Below, one piece after another: positions 13,280 through 27,932 of a DNA stretch of 64,000 nucleotides; position 1 is the stretch's first letter, and each line of letters opens with the position of its first letter. Both the position numbers and the translations under genes were made by a program. The stretch covers positions 161,014,001-161,078,000 of the forward strand of contig OZ024741.1 in the NCBI GenBank assembly GCA_964016885.1, written 5' to 3'. The notes below the pieces were generated by a model. It searched no databases, was not told where the DNA came from, and saw nothing but the letters and a program-made list of their open reading frames with translations. The stretch comes from Eledone cirrhosa. Taxonomy: Eukaryota.

Positions 13280-16200
13280 ATGACCATGCTGTAAAATGGA
13301 GGGGTAGAGAGGGCCCTTGAGTCTAGTAAGACATCCTCTCTAGTGCTGGTGGCACAAATAAAAGCACCCAGTCCATGCTGTAAAGTGGCGCTGGTGTTAG
13401 GAAGGGCATCCAACCAGTGTATCAATGCCAAAAAGCTTATCAGCACAGCAACAAAACAGCATAGAAAAATATGAAGACGTCGCATCTCAGAGTTGCAACA
13501 CTTAATGTTGGCACTCTCAGAGGTAGGTCTGCTGAAATAGCGGAGATGCTGGAGAGAAGGCAGGTGGATGTGTGCTGCGTGCAAGAGGTGAGATGGAGGG
13601 GTGCCTCTGCGAGACTAGTCGTAGGCAAGCGTCTTAGCTATAAGCTATTCTGGGTAGGTAAGGATGATGGGTTAGGGGGAGTAGGCATTTTCCTGGCTGA
13701 GAAATGGATCAATAAGACAATAGAGGTAGTTCGAGTTAGTAATCGAATAATTAAGCTTAGATTAGTTGTAGGTAGGAGACTACTGACAATCATCTCGGTC
13801 TATGCTCCCCAAGCAGGCCTAGGCAAAGATGAGAAAGACTGCTTTTATGAGCAACTTTTGCAAACAACCACAATGACAGAGGACGGAGACATCGTTATGC
13901 TAGTAGGAGACTTCAATGGTCATGTTGGACAGCTCCAGGATGGTTACACTGGGGTACATGGTGGGCACGGTTACGGTTCAAGAAATGAAGAAGGAGTGAG
14001 ACTTCTTGAATTTTGTGATGCAAGTACATTGACTATTTGCAACACAAACTTCCAGAAACCTGCCAATCACCTAATAACCTACAAATCTGGTGAGCACATA
14101 AGCCAGATTGACTTCCTGCTAGTTAGGCAGCGGGACAGGCAGATAGTGTCTAATACCAAGGCATACCCTGGGGAAGAATGTACCCCACAGCATAGGTTAG
14201 TTGTTAGTGATATCTCAGTAAGCAAGAGATGGAATGAGACATATAGGAAGGTGTGGAGAAGAAAGGTCTGGAAGCTAAAAGACCTTTCACTAAAATTCAA
14301 ATTTAGGAAAGCCCTTCAAGATGTATATGACGAAAAAGAAGACGATTTAGAGACGTATGACATAGATAATAACTGGAAGTTCTTACGTGACAACTTGCTG
14401 AAGGCTACTGATGAAACCTGTGGCTGGAGCAGAGCTCCAACCAGACAGAGAGTGACCTGGTGGTGGAACAGCAGTGTAGATAAGGCTATTAGAGACAAAA
14501 GACTAGCATGGAAGGCTTGGAATAAGGGTGGGAGTAGGGAAGAATATACAGCCACTAAGAGAGAAGCTAGACGTCAGGTGTACTTAGCACGCAGGGAGGC
14601 AGAGAGTAGGAGGTTTGCCAATGTTCTGCGACGGGAAGATCAGAGGCGTGCGGTGTTCCACATTGCAAGGCAGTGTGTCAATGCAAATCAGGATGTTGTT
14701 GGTGATAAATGTGTCCGGGATGATGCCGGTGTACTTAGTGTCACGAATGACCAGAAAAAGGAGGCCTGGAAATGTCATTATGAGAGACTGATGAATGTGG
14801 AGAACGAATGGGAGAGAGAGAAATTACCCTTGGTAGATCCGACAGAGGGACCAGCTATTGAGATTGACGAATATAGGGTCCAAGAGGCGATTAGGGAAAT
14901 GAAAAATGGTAAGGCGGCCGGACCATCGGGAATAGTTGCTGAGATGCTGAAGGCATCAGGGGACGTAGGCACTAAACTGGTTGCACGCATAATCAATCAG
15001 GCTATATATGGTGGTGTCATACCCAAAGACTGGTGCAGCAGTATTCTCATAAATTGCTACAAAGGTAAAGGGGATGCTTTGGAGAGGAGCAATTATAGGG
15101 GTATAAAACTGATAGATCAGGTTATGAAAGTGGCAGAAAGGATTCTAGCACAACTAATTAGAGAAAGGGTCAAACTAGATGAGATGCAGTTTGGTTTTGT
15201 GCCTGGGAAGAGTACAACAGATGCCCTCTTCTTGGTGAGACAAATGCAAGAGAGGTTCTTAGAGAAGAATAAGCCACTATACTTAGCCTTTGTTGACCTA
15301 GAGAAGGCCTTTGATAGGGTACTCCGATCTGTCATCTGGTGGTCCCTAAGGAAGCTGGGTGTTGAGGAATGGCTTGTAAGGACAGTGCAAACTTTGTACA
15401 GAGGTACTCTCAGTAAAGTCAGGGTAGGAATGGAGTTTAGTGAGGAATTCCAGATACAAGTAGGAGTACATCAGGGTTCGGTCCTCAGCCCGCTCTTGTT
15501 CATTATAGTCCTCCAAGCCATAACAGAGGAGTTTAAGACTGGCTGTCCATGGGAACTTCTCTATGCTGACGATCTGGCTCTTATGGCAGAATCAGTAGAG
15601 GAGCTAGAGAATAAATTCCGGCTATGGAAACAGCAGTTGGAAGCAAGAGGACTGAGAGTAAATCTAGCTAAGACAAAAGTGTTGATGAGTAGAAAAGAGG
15701 ACAAAACCCTGATTCCGTCAGGGAAATGGCCATGTTCGATATGCAGAAAAGGAACTGGCATAAATTCTATAAAATGCACACAATGTAGGTCCTGGGTACA
15801 CAAGAGATGTAGCGGGATAGCAGGCAAACTAACAGGTAGGGAGAAATATGTATGCAGTAGATGTACAGGGAAATTAGACAGTAGAAGTCGCACTGATAGA
15901 CACATTTTTCAAATGCGAGAGGGCGCTATAGAAGTGGTGGATAGCTTCCGGTACCTAGGAGATCAGATTAGCATGGGAGGAGGGTGTTCCGAGGCCATAG
16001 TATCTAGAATAAGGACGGGTTGGAAGAAGTTTAGGGAGCTGCTTCCTCTGTTGACGAAGAAGGGTTTCTCCCTGCGTACGAAAGGCCGGTTGTATGATGC
16101 CTGTGTGAGGAGCGCGATGCTGCATGGTAGTGAGACATGGGCAGCTACCGCAGAAGATATGCGACGGCTGGAGAGAAATGAGGCAAGCATGCTCCGTTGG

Positions 16201-16553
16201 ATGTGCGTGAACGACCCAGCATAAATGTGTTGAGAGAGAAACTGTGTCTGAGAGGGATAGAATGTAGTGTACGGGAGAGGAGACTGAGGTGGTATGGACA
16301 TGTGATGCGCATGGAGGATGACCGATGGGTGAAGAAGTGCCAGGAAATGCCAGTTGAAGGAAGACGTGGTAGAGGTAGACCACGAAAAACATGGGCGGAG
16401 GTGGTGAGAACAGACCTCAGATCATTGAAGCTCACGGTGGAGATGACGAGGGACCGTGACGAGTGGAGAGATGCTGTGCTGAATAAGACCCGTCCCACCC
16501 TTGAAAGCAGGGAAAAGCGGACGTAAAATGATGATGATGATGATGATGATGAT
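13280..16553 (+). mobile_element. Near full-length RTE-clade LINE (APE endonuclease, RT, PHD-like finger); ORF 13471-16526 with one frameshift near 16206; (ATG)n tail
   Basis: 917-aa ORF with TLNVGTL, QEVRW, GDFNGHVG, QIDFLL, QHRLV, NYRGIKL, FVDLEKAFD, QGSVLSPLLF, YADD and CxxC...CxxC..WVHxxC...CxxC; continues in the 16197 frame (RLRWYGHVMR, RGRGRPRKTW); ends gacgtaaa(atg)n. Confidence 0.95.
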
Positions 16554-16699
16554 ATATACATACATACATACACACACCCACCCACATATATATATAAAAC
16601 AAATGTGCATATATTACTAAATAAATATTTATGCACAAAATAGAGTAGATGAGAAAATCTTTTTCTTTGTGATCTCTCAATATGGAGACATAGTGGCTC

Positions 16700-17480
16700 T
16701 ACCTGGAGCAACTCTCTGTACTCTGAGTTATGCACTCTCTCAAGTAATATTACTCCAAAATCCCTTTGGAGGATCCCTATTATGGCTACTTGTATTTGTG
16801 ATCATATTCTTACAGTCATTACTGATTCATGATCATGGATACGGGTTGGCACGAATAACGAATTGAAGATAGCGTGTTTGGTTTTTACACCTACCCCCTC
16901 TCTTCTGATGACTGAAAGTTGAAGCTGGTGCATTGCTGCACCAGCTCCTGCAATTCTTGCGCTTAATTCAGCGTCCTATCTTGTCACTTGTAAACATGGC
17001 CCTGAGAGAATTGAACTTCTCCATCTGCTTCAGTGGAATTCCATTCACATGTAAAGTGCACTGTGCAGGTTTCCTTGAGAGGACAAGTGTCTCAGTCCTT
17101 GACGCACTGATTTTCATTCCTGCCATGCAGCAAACCTATCAAGTGCATGTCGGAGATCCCTTCCTAAGGAGTTAAGGAGTACCATGACACCTGCAAATTC
17201 CAGCTGACTGATACTACTTCCAACCCAGTTGCCCCGTCAATCCTGTCCATGAAGATTATGAGAGTATGCACCCTTGGCAGAGTTCAACTCCCACATTGAA
17301 TAGTTTCAATTTAAAACCATTTATCCAAACACGAACACTAGGGCATTCAATAAGAGACAGAAGCGCAACAAGAAACTGTCCACCGATCTCATACTGCTGC
17401 AGAACCCTCCACAATAGGTCCAGTGGAACACGGTCATATGCCTTTTGAGGTCTACGAAGCAAGCATACACCTTGTATAAG
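16700..17480 (-). mobile_element. Degenerate LINE RT fragment
   Basis: ACFVDL / KAYDRVP..LW.VL..YEI / GVELCQGCILS. Confidence 0.7.
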
Positions 17481-17969
17481 TTAAATTCAATGTAGCAGTC
17501 TTGTAGTAAAAATGTAAACAAAAGTGGGAAACTTTCTGTTGGTATCTTCGTACATAGGACCACCCCCTCCACACTAGAACCCAGTAGAATAGGTTTTGTA
17601 TAGTTAATTAATTGGCTCTTGAAATTCAAGGAAAATTTGGCTACTATTTCTAGAGAATGAAGCAACAACGTAGTGATATTACTGTTGTTTACTTTTATCT
17701 CCAGGTCAGACCTGTGAGATTGAGACAACTCAACTATGTGTGATCAATGACATTTAAGCTGCGATCATCCTCTCTTTACATGAGTATCTAAAAACATGGC
17801 AAGAGAGAAATATCTGGCTATTTTTAGCAGGCGGGGAGATGACTAAAAGGGAGATAACTAAAAGGGAGATAACTCTAATGTCACTTTAGTGTGAATTTCT
17901 GTGACTGACTTTCTTATCACTTTTATAAATAATATATTTTCTTCAAAATCTTTCTTGTTATTTGAGTTA

Positions 17970-18130
17970 TCATTGTTGTTGGATTGTTTAAGAGACAATA
18001 GAGGGTCTGTGTGTGACTTTATGCTGATTAGTCGAATGACTTTTCTCTGTGTGCAGTCTAGGATGTCGGTGTAAGCAACAGCAAGACCGTCCCATATGTA
18101 GGTGTTGTATTCCATTGTTAAGCTCCAGTA
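17970..18130 (-). mobile_element. LINE (Jockey/CR1-like) 3' fragment
   Basis: MEYNTYIWDG...ILDCTQRKVIRLI resembles the LINE C-terminal MEY...W..LD.IQRKA.RLI motif. Confidence 0.55.
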
Positions 18131-18789
18131 AATATTGGGATTTGAATCATTTTTTAGCTCTGGGGGGAAGGTCCTGTAATTGAGATGCCGTTCTTGCTAT
18201 GTTGAGAATGGATGTAACAAATATGTTTGAATGGACAGTACTTGTACTTCAAAGTACCAGTCTTGTCACATGCTGTATCCCACTGAATCTCCCTGACAAT
18301 TACATTAAGGGTAAATGCCTAAATGGAATACTCAGCCATTTGCACGTTAATTTTGACTCTTATTTCTGTGATTATTTTCTCTGCAATATATTACCCCTGG
18401 ATCTAATTTTAGAGTGAAACAGCAACAACAACCACAATAATAACACTAAAGAAATAGTTAAATAAAAATATCATTTAATATTATTAATTCATTGCAAATA
18501 CAATTTAGATAAAAATAAAAAAGAGATAACTGTGAAACTGCTAACAATTGTATTTTGTTGATAAATTGTATTTTATATTTGGTTTCCGTTCATTAAAAAA
18601 AAAATTGAGAAATTTCTTAAATATATTTATTTCTTATTGTTTCTTACATAAGCCCAAAGCCTTGTATTGTTAGGTGAACGATGAGACACGATGAGGCTGT
18701 GTAACATTATTACCTTTTTAAGGATTAGTGATGTTTATTAAAAGTTTAAAGTTTGTCCCAAGCCCAGAGGTTTATCATGCAGAATAGTA

Positions 18790-19020
18790 CCCCATTTTCA
18801 TTGGTGTTCAGTAAGTGAGAGTACAAGACTCGCTCCCTCAGGGCAGGAGGCTAAGCCATCGAAGGGTTAAACCCCAGCTGCTGCTGCTGCTGGTACACAT
18901 TTTCAGCTGAAATGACTGGAGCAATGTGAAATGAAGAATACAATGTACTACCTTGTCCAGGAATCGAACTCACAATATTACAATCGTCAGCCAAACACCT
19001 TATAACCAAGGCCTCATGAC
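18790..19020 (-). mobile_element. tRNA-derived SINE (family 2), degenerate
   Basis: B-box (ggaatcgaactc on plus) and body similar to 29260-29580 and 41380-41492. Confidence 0.55.
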
Positions 19021-19209
19021 TTCACGTGATTAAGAATGTCAGGGACATATTTGCTATCTTTTTCTTTTATGGCACCACTTACCAATATGTCAAAACCAAT
19101 ATTGAAATAATATATTTACAAAATAAGTATTTATTACAATTATATCTCCAAACAGCAATGTTGAGCTGTTATATGTACACACAGATACACACAACCACAA
19201 ACTCAAAGT

Positions 19210-19258
19210 GTTTATATGTATATATATATAAATATATATATATGTATATATGTATATA

Positions 19259-19337
<79 letters not shown>

Positions 19338-19575
19338 GTATATATATATGTGTATATATATATATATTTATGTATATATTTATATATATATATATATTTA
19401 TGTATATATATATATATATGTATATATTTGTATATATTTATATATATATATGTATATATTTGTATATATTTATATATATTTATGTATATATATATATATG
19501 TATATATTTATATATATATGTATATATATATGTATATATTTATATATATATTTATATGTATATATTTATATATAT

Positions 19576-19606
<31 letters not shown>

Positions 19607-19735
19607 TGTATATGCATATATATGTATATATATATATTTATATATATGTATATATTTATATATATTTATATATATATATATATGTATATATGTATTTATA
19701 TATGTATATATATATATATGTATATATGTATATAG
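19210..19735. repeat. Degenerate (TA)n array
   Basis: Directly visible. Confidence 0.95.
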
Positions 19736-20344
19736 GCAAAGGGGCTCTTAAGAGTCAATAGCCATCCAAAATCACCGGGAGAGATGACCCCTTAGCCTTT
19801 GTCAAGGCAGAATTCTAGGAGAAGGAAAACTCTGATATAACACCTGCAACCCTGATGGTATCCAATGATGTTGAATTGTTCTTCTTTTTGGTAAATATCA
19901 TCTTGGTTAAGAGAGTGGGACTGGCTTTGTGCAGTGCCTTTGCTCACTATAAAAGCTTCACGGCACAGGCATTGCTTTATATCTGGAGATCTCTCTGCAC
20001 TTGTCCTCACATGGTACCATGGGCCCAGCACTATGTGACAATAATTGTCACAGGTGTAGTGTTTGTACCAGAGTTTTCAAGTCGCTGGCTGGACTAAAAA
20101 GTCACACTCGTTCAGCGCTTCGGTAGGGGTTCTCCTACATGGATATAAAGTAGTGGCCGTACTCGAAAACGAGTTGGCAGCCACCATATATATATATGTA
20201 TATGTATATATGTATATATGTATATATATATGTATATATGTATATATGTATATATATGTATATATATATATTTATATATATTTATATATATATATGTATA
20301 TGTATATATGTATATATATATATATATGTATATGTATATATGTA

Positions 20345-20375
<31 letters not shown>

Positions 20376-20428
20376 ATATGTATATATGTATATATATATA
20401 TATGTATATGTATATATGTATATATATA

Positions 20429-21155
20429 TGAAACAAAATGAAAACGAAATTTCATTTCTCACTCTTAGTATGGCACTTACTTAAATGTAAGTATGCATGT
20501 ATACGTACATACATATATGTATACAGACGTACAGTAGCATGCACATATATATATATATATATACATATATACATACATATGCTAAACTGTATGCATATGT
20601 ATGTATATATGTATATATATATATATGTGCATGCTACTGTACGTCTGTATACATATATGTATGTACGTATACATGCATACTTACATTTAAGTAAGTGCCA
20701 TACTAAGAGTGAGAAATGAAATTTCGTTTTCATTTTGTTTCAATTTATCGTTTTCGGTATGCCTGACCGATTTAACTCACTCAATATGCAAATTAGGCTG
20801 CTCAGCCGTTAATTTTCATAAGGAAAGTATATACTTTCGAACGTTCAACTATCTGGCAGATGGGTAAACGGTGCTGATGATAGCTAACAAGCTTGAAACT
20901 AGTACATCGTTCCTGTGTCAGTGTTGAACAAAAAGGTGACGTGGTTGCCTTAACACCGTATGGCATAAATTCAGGCTGTTCAGTTTGTTTACAAACGAAC
21001 AAAGCGACGTTAGCGCCGCTAAACTGATACGTGCATATATGTATGTGTACCTGTATGCATATGTATGTATATATGTATATATATATATATATGTGCATGC
21101 TACTGTACGTCTGTATACATATATGTATGTACGTATACATGCATACTTACATTTA
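20429..21155 (+). mobile_element. Non-coding hammerhead-bearing element (retrozyme / non-autonomous PLE-like): ~464-nt monomer with terminal direct repeat and inverted 5' copy
   Basis: Direct repeats at 20587-20689 and 21051-21155; inverted arms at 20429-20582 and 20593-20742; hammerhead at 20867-20911; (TA)n on both sides. Confidence 0.7.
20867..20911 (+). ncRNA. Minimal type I hammerhead ribozyme
   Basis: aacggtg-CTGATGA-t-agct-aaca-agct-t-GAAA-ctag-TA-catcgtt: 7-bp stem I (one G-U), intact core, 4-bp stem II, palindromic ACUAGU stem III, GUA triplet. Confidence 0.75.
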
Positions 21156-23632
<2,477 letters not shown>

Positions 23633-23846
23633 TTCGTTTCTGAATTTGTTTAGCAAGATTCTTTATCTGAAATCGTGTGTTGAAACCGATATTGTTATAC
23701 TTTGGGAGGGTCATGTTGCCAATAAGAAACACAGGCACCAGTTGCTTTCACTTCAATTTATTATATATTTATAAATTTACAAATCTACAAACTTATAAAT
23801 TTCTGGTTGGTTGGTTGGTTCCACAACCAGATAGTTGTTTATATAT

Positions 23847-23891
23847 AGTCATAGTCCTTTCGTCACACACTCTGTGACCTCTTCAGTGACT
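23847..23891 (-). ncRNA. Hammerhead-like motif in the inverted PLE terminal repeat
   Basis: Reverse complement of 28301-28345. Confidence 0.6.
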
Positions 23892-24797
23892 GGGGATTCC
23901 TTTCTTTGTTTCTGTGCCTTTCCTTTCTTCTATCCTACGCCATTTTGTTTCTGTGTGTGTGTTGTGTGCTCAGTTTGCGCATGCGCCACATCCGGGTGTC
24001 TGTGTGCGTTTGTGTTCATTTATCTATTTGTTTATTTATTTATTTATTTATTGTTGGTTGGTTGTTTGTTCTATGTGTGTGTGTGTTTTCATTTTGTCCT
24101 GTGTGTGTTTTCATTTTGTCCTTAATTGTAAGTTGTTTGTTCTATGTGTGTGTGTGTTTTCATTTTGTCCTGTGTGTGTTTTCATTTTGTCCTTAATTGT
24201 AAGTTGTGATGTTGCTGTTCCACTCATATTTTCTATTTAATTTTGGTTGTAATTCTTTTATGCTTACTGCCTCTGTAATTTGCCTAAACATTGCATCTTT
24301 TCTGTGTGTGGATTCTATTTTTATTTCTATGTTCTCTAATCTACCCCTGTGTTCTATCTTAGCAAGATACTGAAAACTACCATGTTCTGTTGTCTACGAA
24401 AAACCATAACATCTCGACAACTACATTTCATAAAGCTGTGCGCCACTTCCAGAATCTACACCAACACCATCAATACCGACGTTAGAAGATTACAACTCAC
24501 CAAAAACAAGCAGATAGGCTAAAACGAACTTTAATTCTAAACATAAAAAAGAAGATCTATAGAGAATTAAGTCATCAAGAAAAACAAAAGCGTAACCTAA
24601 TACAAGAAATAGCTAAAATCACCACACCAACAGAAAAACTAATATTTATAAGCCTTATACGCCCCGAAGAACAGTACATTACTCAAGAATGTGATAAGCA
24701 CTTTAACAGGAAACTAAAGTGGCTTAAACAGGCAAAGCTAAATCAGGATACTATAGAGTATACCAATAGATATCCCGACAAAATTGACGGTATCAAC

Positions 24798-27700
24798 ATG
24801 GCCGACACCTCATTATCAGAAGAGTTCAACAACAAAAATACCAACATTTATGGGAACACGGAAATAGATAATAATGAGATGTCTGTGTTATGTCTGCCGC
24901 CCAAATTTGCGACATTCAAGAAGCTAAATATGATTAGGTGTCTGTCAGAAATAGAAAAATCATTTACAAAACTACGCTGGAGCATCAAAAACAAAAGCAA
25001 CAATATACGCACACACATATACAACACACATCCCAACAACAACAGACACACAGACACAAACAACAATAACAACAACACACACATCAACAACAACAACAAT
25101 AGCAACATACCCAGATACAACAACAACAGACACGCAGACACAAACAACAACAACGATAACACACACGGAGACAACAACAACACACATCAACAACAGCACA
25201 CATCAACAACAACAACACACACGCATTCAACGCCTCTCACCACCACCACAATCTTAACAAACACACAGACACAGAAAACAAGTAATGACAGTAGCACAGA
25301 AATCAGAGAAATAAGGGAAAGTAATAGGATTAAAAGGAAAAGGAGATGGGAGACTAAGGACAAAGAGAATAACCAAGACGAACACACAGACACACAAAAT
25401 AGGGTAGATAACAACATTGAGCCAATGGAAAGAGACAGGAGAAATTATGAGAGACATAGAAACAACCATGAGGCTGTTGGTGGAAATAGAAATAGAAACA
25501 ACACAACTAACAATAACAATAGCACTAGTACACATAAAGCAGCAGCCTGGAACTCTCCGTTTTATAATCCCTCCGATAAATCATTCGACCTGCGACGAGT
25601 CCACGCCACGACTTTACCATTTAACAAACGCACGCAGTTGCCGTCGCAGGTCGATGAACAAACAGAAGCACAATTTAGTATAGCTAAATCCGAACTTAGA
25701 AATATTATAGAACAGTATAGCAAGAAGCATAATAGAATAGAGGCCCAGCAACTGGGAGAAAAATCTGCAAATGGCTTGCGTAAGCTCATGCAGCGCTCGC
25801 GTAATGGAGAGATAGCATGCTTTCCAACAGACAAGTCTGGCAGAATGTCGGTTGACAGCCTGCCAAACTACATCCAGGCAATGCAACCCCACATCACTAA
25901 CACAAGAGAGGTAACACCACAGGAGCATGAGGATAGAGAAAAAGCCCTCAATGCCCATATGGTGATGTGGACGAATATAATGCAGCCCAACAAAAGGACT
26001 GCCAACAACTTCCAGGCCTGGAACAATGACGTGCCGGCGTTGTATGGGCTTCGAAAAGACCATAAAACGGGCTGGGACCCTGTCGCGGGACCACCAACAC
26101 GGCCAGTCTGTGGAGCTAACATTGCTAGTAACTACAGACTGTCCTACTTCCTCTCCCTGATCATACGCCCCATCATTGAGATGTCCCCAGATGTATGTGA
26201 CAGCACGGAGGACCTCCTCAGCAGAATCGGCGCGGGTAACCGATCTGGGGACCTAAAAAACTGCATAATAGGCAGTATGGATGTTGTGTCCCTGTATCCA
26301 TCTATTGACGTGGATTTTGCTGTGGAGAAATGCGTAGAAATGATCAGCGAGAGCAAGGTTGAGTTCCGTGGGATTGATACCAGTGAGCTGGGACTTCTAC
26401 TTAAGCTTACCCATAGTAATAGTTACCTAGACACTTATGACCTTAGCAACCTGTGCCCTACAAGACCAGCAAGAGGCAGACCACCTACCATTACCTCAAT
26501 GGCCAAGAAAACCCACACAGATAGATGGAACGGGTGGACCAGAGCCATACGGACACCCGAAAACCACGATGAACTGAAGAAAATGATTGCACATGCGGTA
26601 GGGGCCAGCATAAAATTAACCCTTAAGGAACATATGTTCAAATTTAATGGTAAAACATATGCCCAAGAGGAAGGAGCAGCCATTGGTGTTAGCATTGCAG
26701 GCGACATAGCTAACTTATTCATGGTATGGTGGGACAGTAGACTTAAACAAAAACTTAAAGAACAATTAGAAGACAGCTTAACCCTGATTATGTACTCCCG
26801 CTACGTAGATGATATAAACATCGTAGTTAAGACACCCCCACTAAAGAACAGTCAGGAACTAGAGAAAAACACAATGGAAAGCATCCAGCAAATAGCAAAC
26901 TCCATCCACCAGAGCATTAGAGTTACTATAGACTACCCAAGTAGACACCCCAACCATCGATTACCTGTACTAGACACAGAGCTCTGGTTAGATACCATTA
27001 ACAACCAAAATCAAATCCTCCATTCCCATTATGCCAAACCCATGACTTCCAAACATCTGATCCACCGAAACTCGGCTATTTCGGACCATACCAAAATCAA
27101 CATACTGATTGCGGATTTGGTACGGGTGATGAGAAATGTGTCCCGCATGTGCAACCCCGAAGAACTAGAGAGACACATACAACACTTCATCCACCGTATG
27201 CAGTTCTCTGGCTACAATCAGAGAGATAGAATCAGAGTGTATAGAGGAGCCAGAACCAAATGGGAAAAAATGGTAAATAATGACATAAATGGGACCTGCC
27301 CCTTGTATAGGAGCAAATTTTGGAATAGAATAGAAAGAACTTGGAACAAGGCCAATAGAATAAACTCATGGTATGATAGCAATAAATACCAGAGTGTAAT
27401 GTTCATCAATACAACCCCTAGAGGCGAACTAGCCTACAAATTTAGAAGGGCCCTAAATAAACATAAACTCAATATTAAGATAGTAGAAAGACCAGGTACC
27501 TCCGTAAAAACACTTATTAGCAAGACATACCCGTTCCAAAGACCCTCATGTATAGATAAGAAATGTATAACCTGTAAAATAAGCCCCCATATTAACTGTA
27601 AAACTAGAAATGTAGTGTATAGCATAAGATGTACTGAAGGACAATGTAGAAACAAAAATATAGTGTACATAGGTGAGACAGCTGGTAGTATAGGGGAACG

Positions 27701-27932
27701 AATAAATGAACACTGGCGAGACCTTCAAGATAATAAAGAATCATCTGTGCTCTACCAACATGCTACGATAGAACACAGGGGTAGATTAGAGAACATAGAA
27801 ATAAAAATAGAATCCACACACAGAAAAGATGCAATGTTTAGGCAAATTACAGAGGCAGTAAGCATAAAAGAATTACAACCAAAATTAAATAGAAAATATG
27901 AGTGGAACAGCAACATCACAACTTACAATTAA
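24798..27932 (+). CDS. PLE reverse transcriptase / GIY-YIG endonuclease (1044 aa; probably extends upstream to ATG 24382 across a 1-nt frameshift)
   Basis: PTDKSG, LYGLRKDHK, RPVCGA, SMDVVSLYPSI, GAAIG, YSRYVDDI, LPVLD, CxxxxCxxC linker, NVVYSIRC...YIGET...ERINEH, EAVSI...LN. Confidence 0.93.
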   Translation: MADTSLSEEFNNKNTNIYGNTEIDNNEMSVLCLPPKFATFKKLNMIRCLSEIEKSFTKLRWSIKNKSNNIRTHIYNTHPNNNRHTDTNNNNNNTHINNNNNSNIPRYNNNRHADTNNNNDNTHGDNNNTHQQQHTSTTTTHTHSTPLTTTTILTNTQTQKTSNDSSTEIREIRESNRIKRKRRWETKDKENNQDEHTDTQNRVDNNIEPMERDRRNYERHRNNHEAVGGNRNRNNTTNNNNSTSTHKAAAWNSPFYNPSDKSFDLRRVHATTLPFNKRTQLPSQVDEQTEAQFSIAKSELRNIIEQYSKKHNRIEAQQLGEKSANGLRKLMQRSRNGEIACFPTDKSGRMSVDSLPNYIQAMQPHITNTREVTPQEHEDREKALNAHMVMWTNIMQPNKRTANNFQAWNNDVPALYGLRKDHKTGWDPVAGPPTRPVCGANIASNYRLSYFLSLIIRPIIEMSPDVCDSTEDLLSRIGAGNRSGDLKNCIIGSMDVVSLYPSIDVDFAVEKCVEMISESKVEFRGIDTSELGLLLKLTHSNSYLDTYDLSNLCPTRPARGRPPTITSMAKKTHTDRWNGWTRAIRTPENHDELKKMIAHAVGASIKLTLKEHMFKFNGKTYAQEEGAAIGVSIAGDIANLFMVWWDSRLKQKLKEQLEDSLTLIMYSRYVDDINIVVKTPPLKNSQELEKNTMESIQQIANSIHQSIRVTIDYPSRHPNHRLPVLDTELWLDTINNQNQILHSHYAKPMTSKHLIHRNSAISDHTKINILIADLVRVMRNVSRMCNPEELERHIQHFIHRMQFSGYNQRDRIRVYRGARTKWEKMVNNDINGTCPLYRSKFWNRIERTWNKANRINSWYDSNKYQSVMFINTTPRGELAYKFRRALNKHKLNIKIVERPGTSVKTLISKTYPFQRPSCIDKKCITCKISPHINCKTRNVVYSIRCTEGQCRNKNIVYIGETAGSIGERINEHWRDLQDNKESSVLYQHATIEHRGRLENIEIKIESTHRKDAMFRQITEAVSIKELQPKLNRKYEWNSNITTYN

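Noticed and set aside
24798-27932. Selenoprotein-type or N-terminal-endonuclease PLE (Naiad/Chlamys)
   Set aside because: The endonuclease is C-terminal and there is no in-frame TGA in the ORF.
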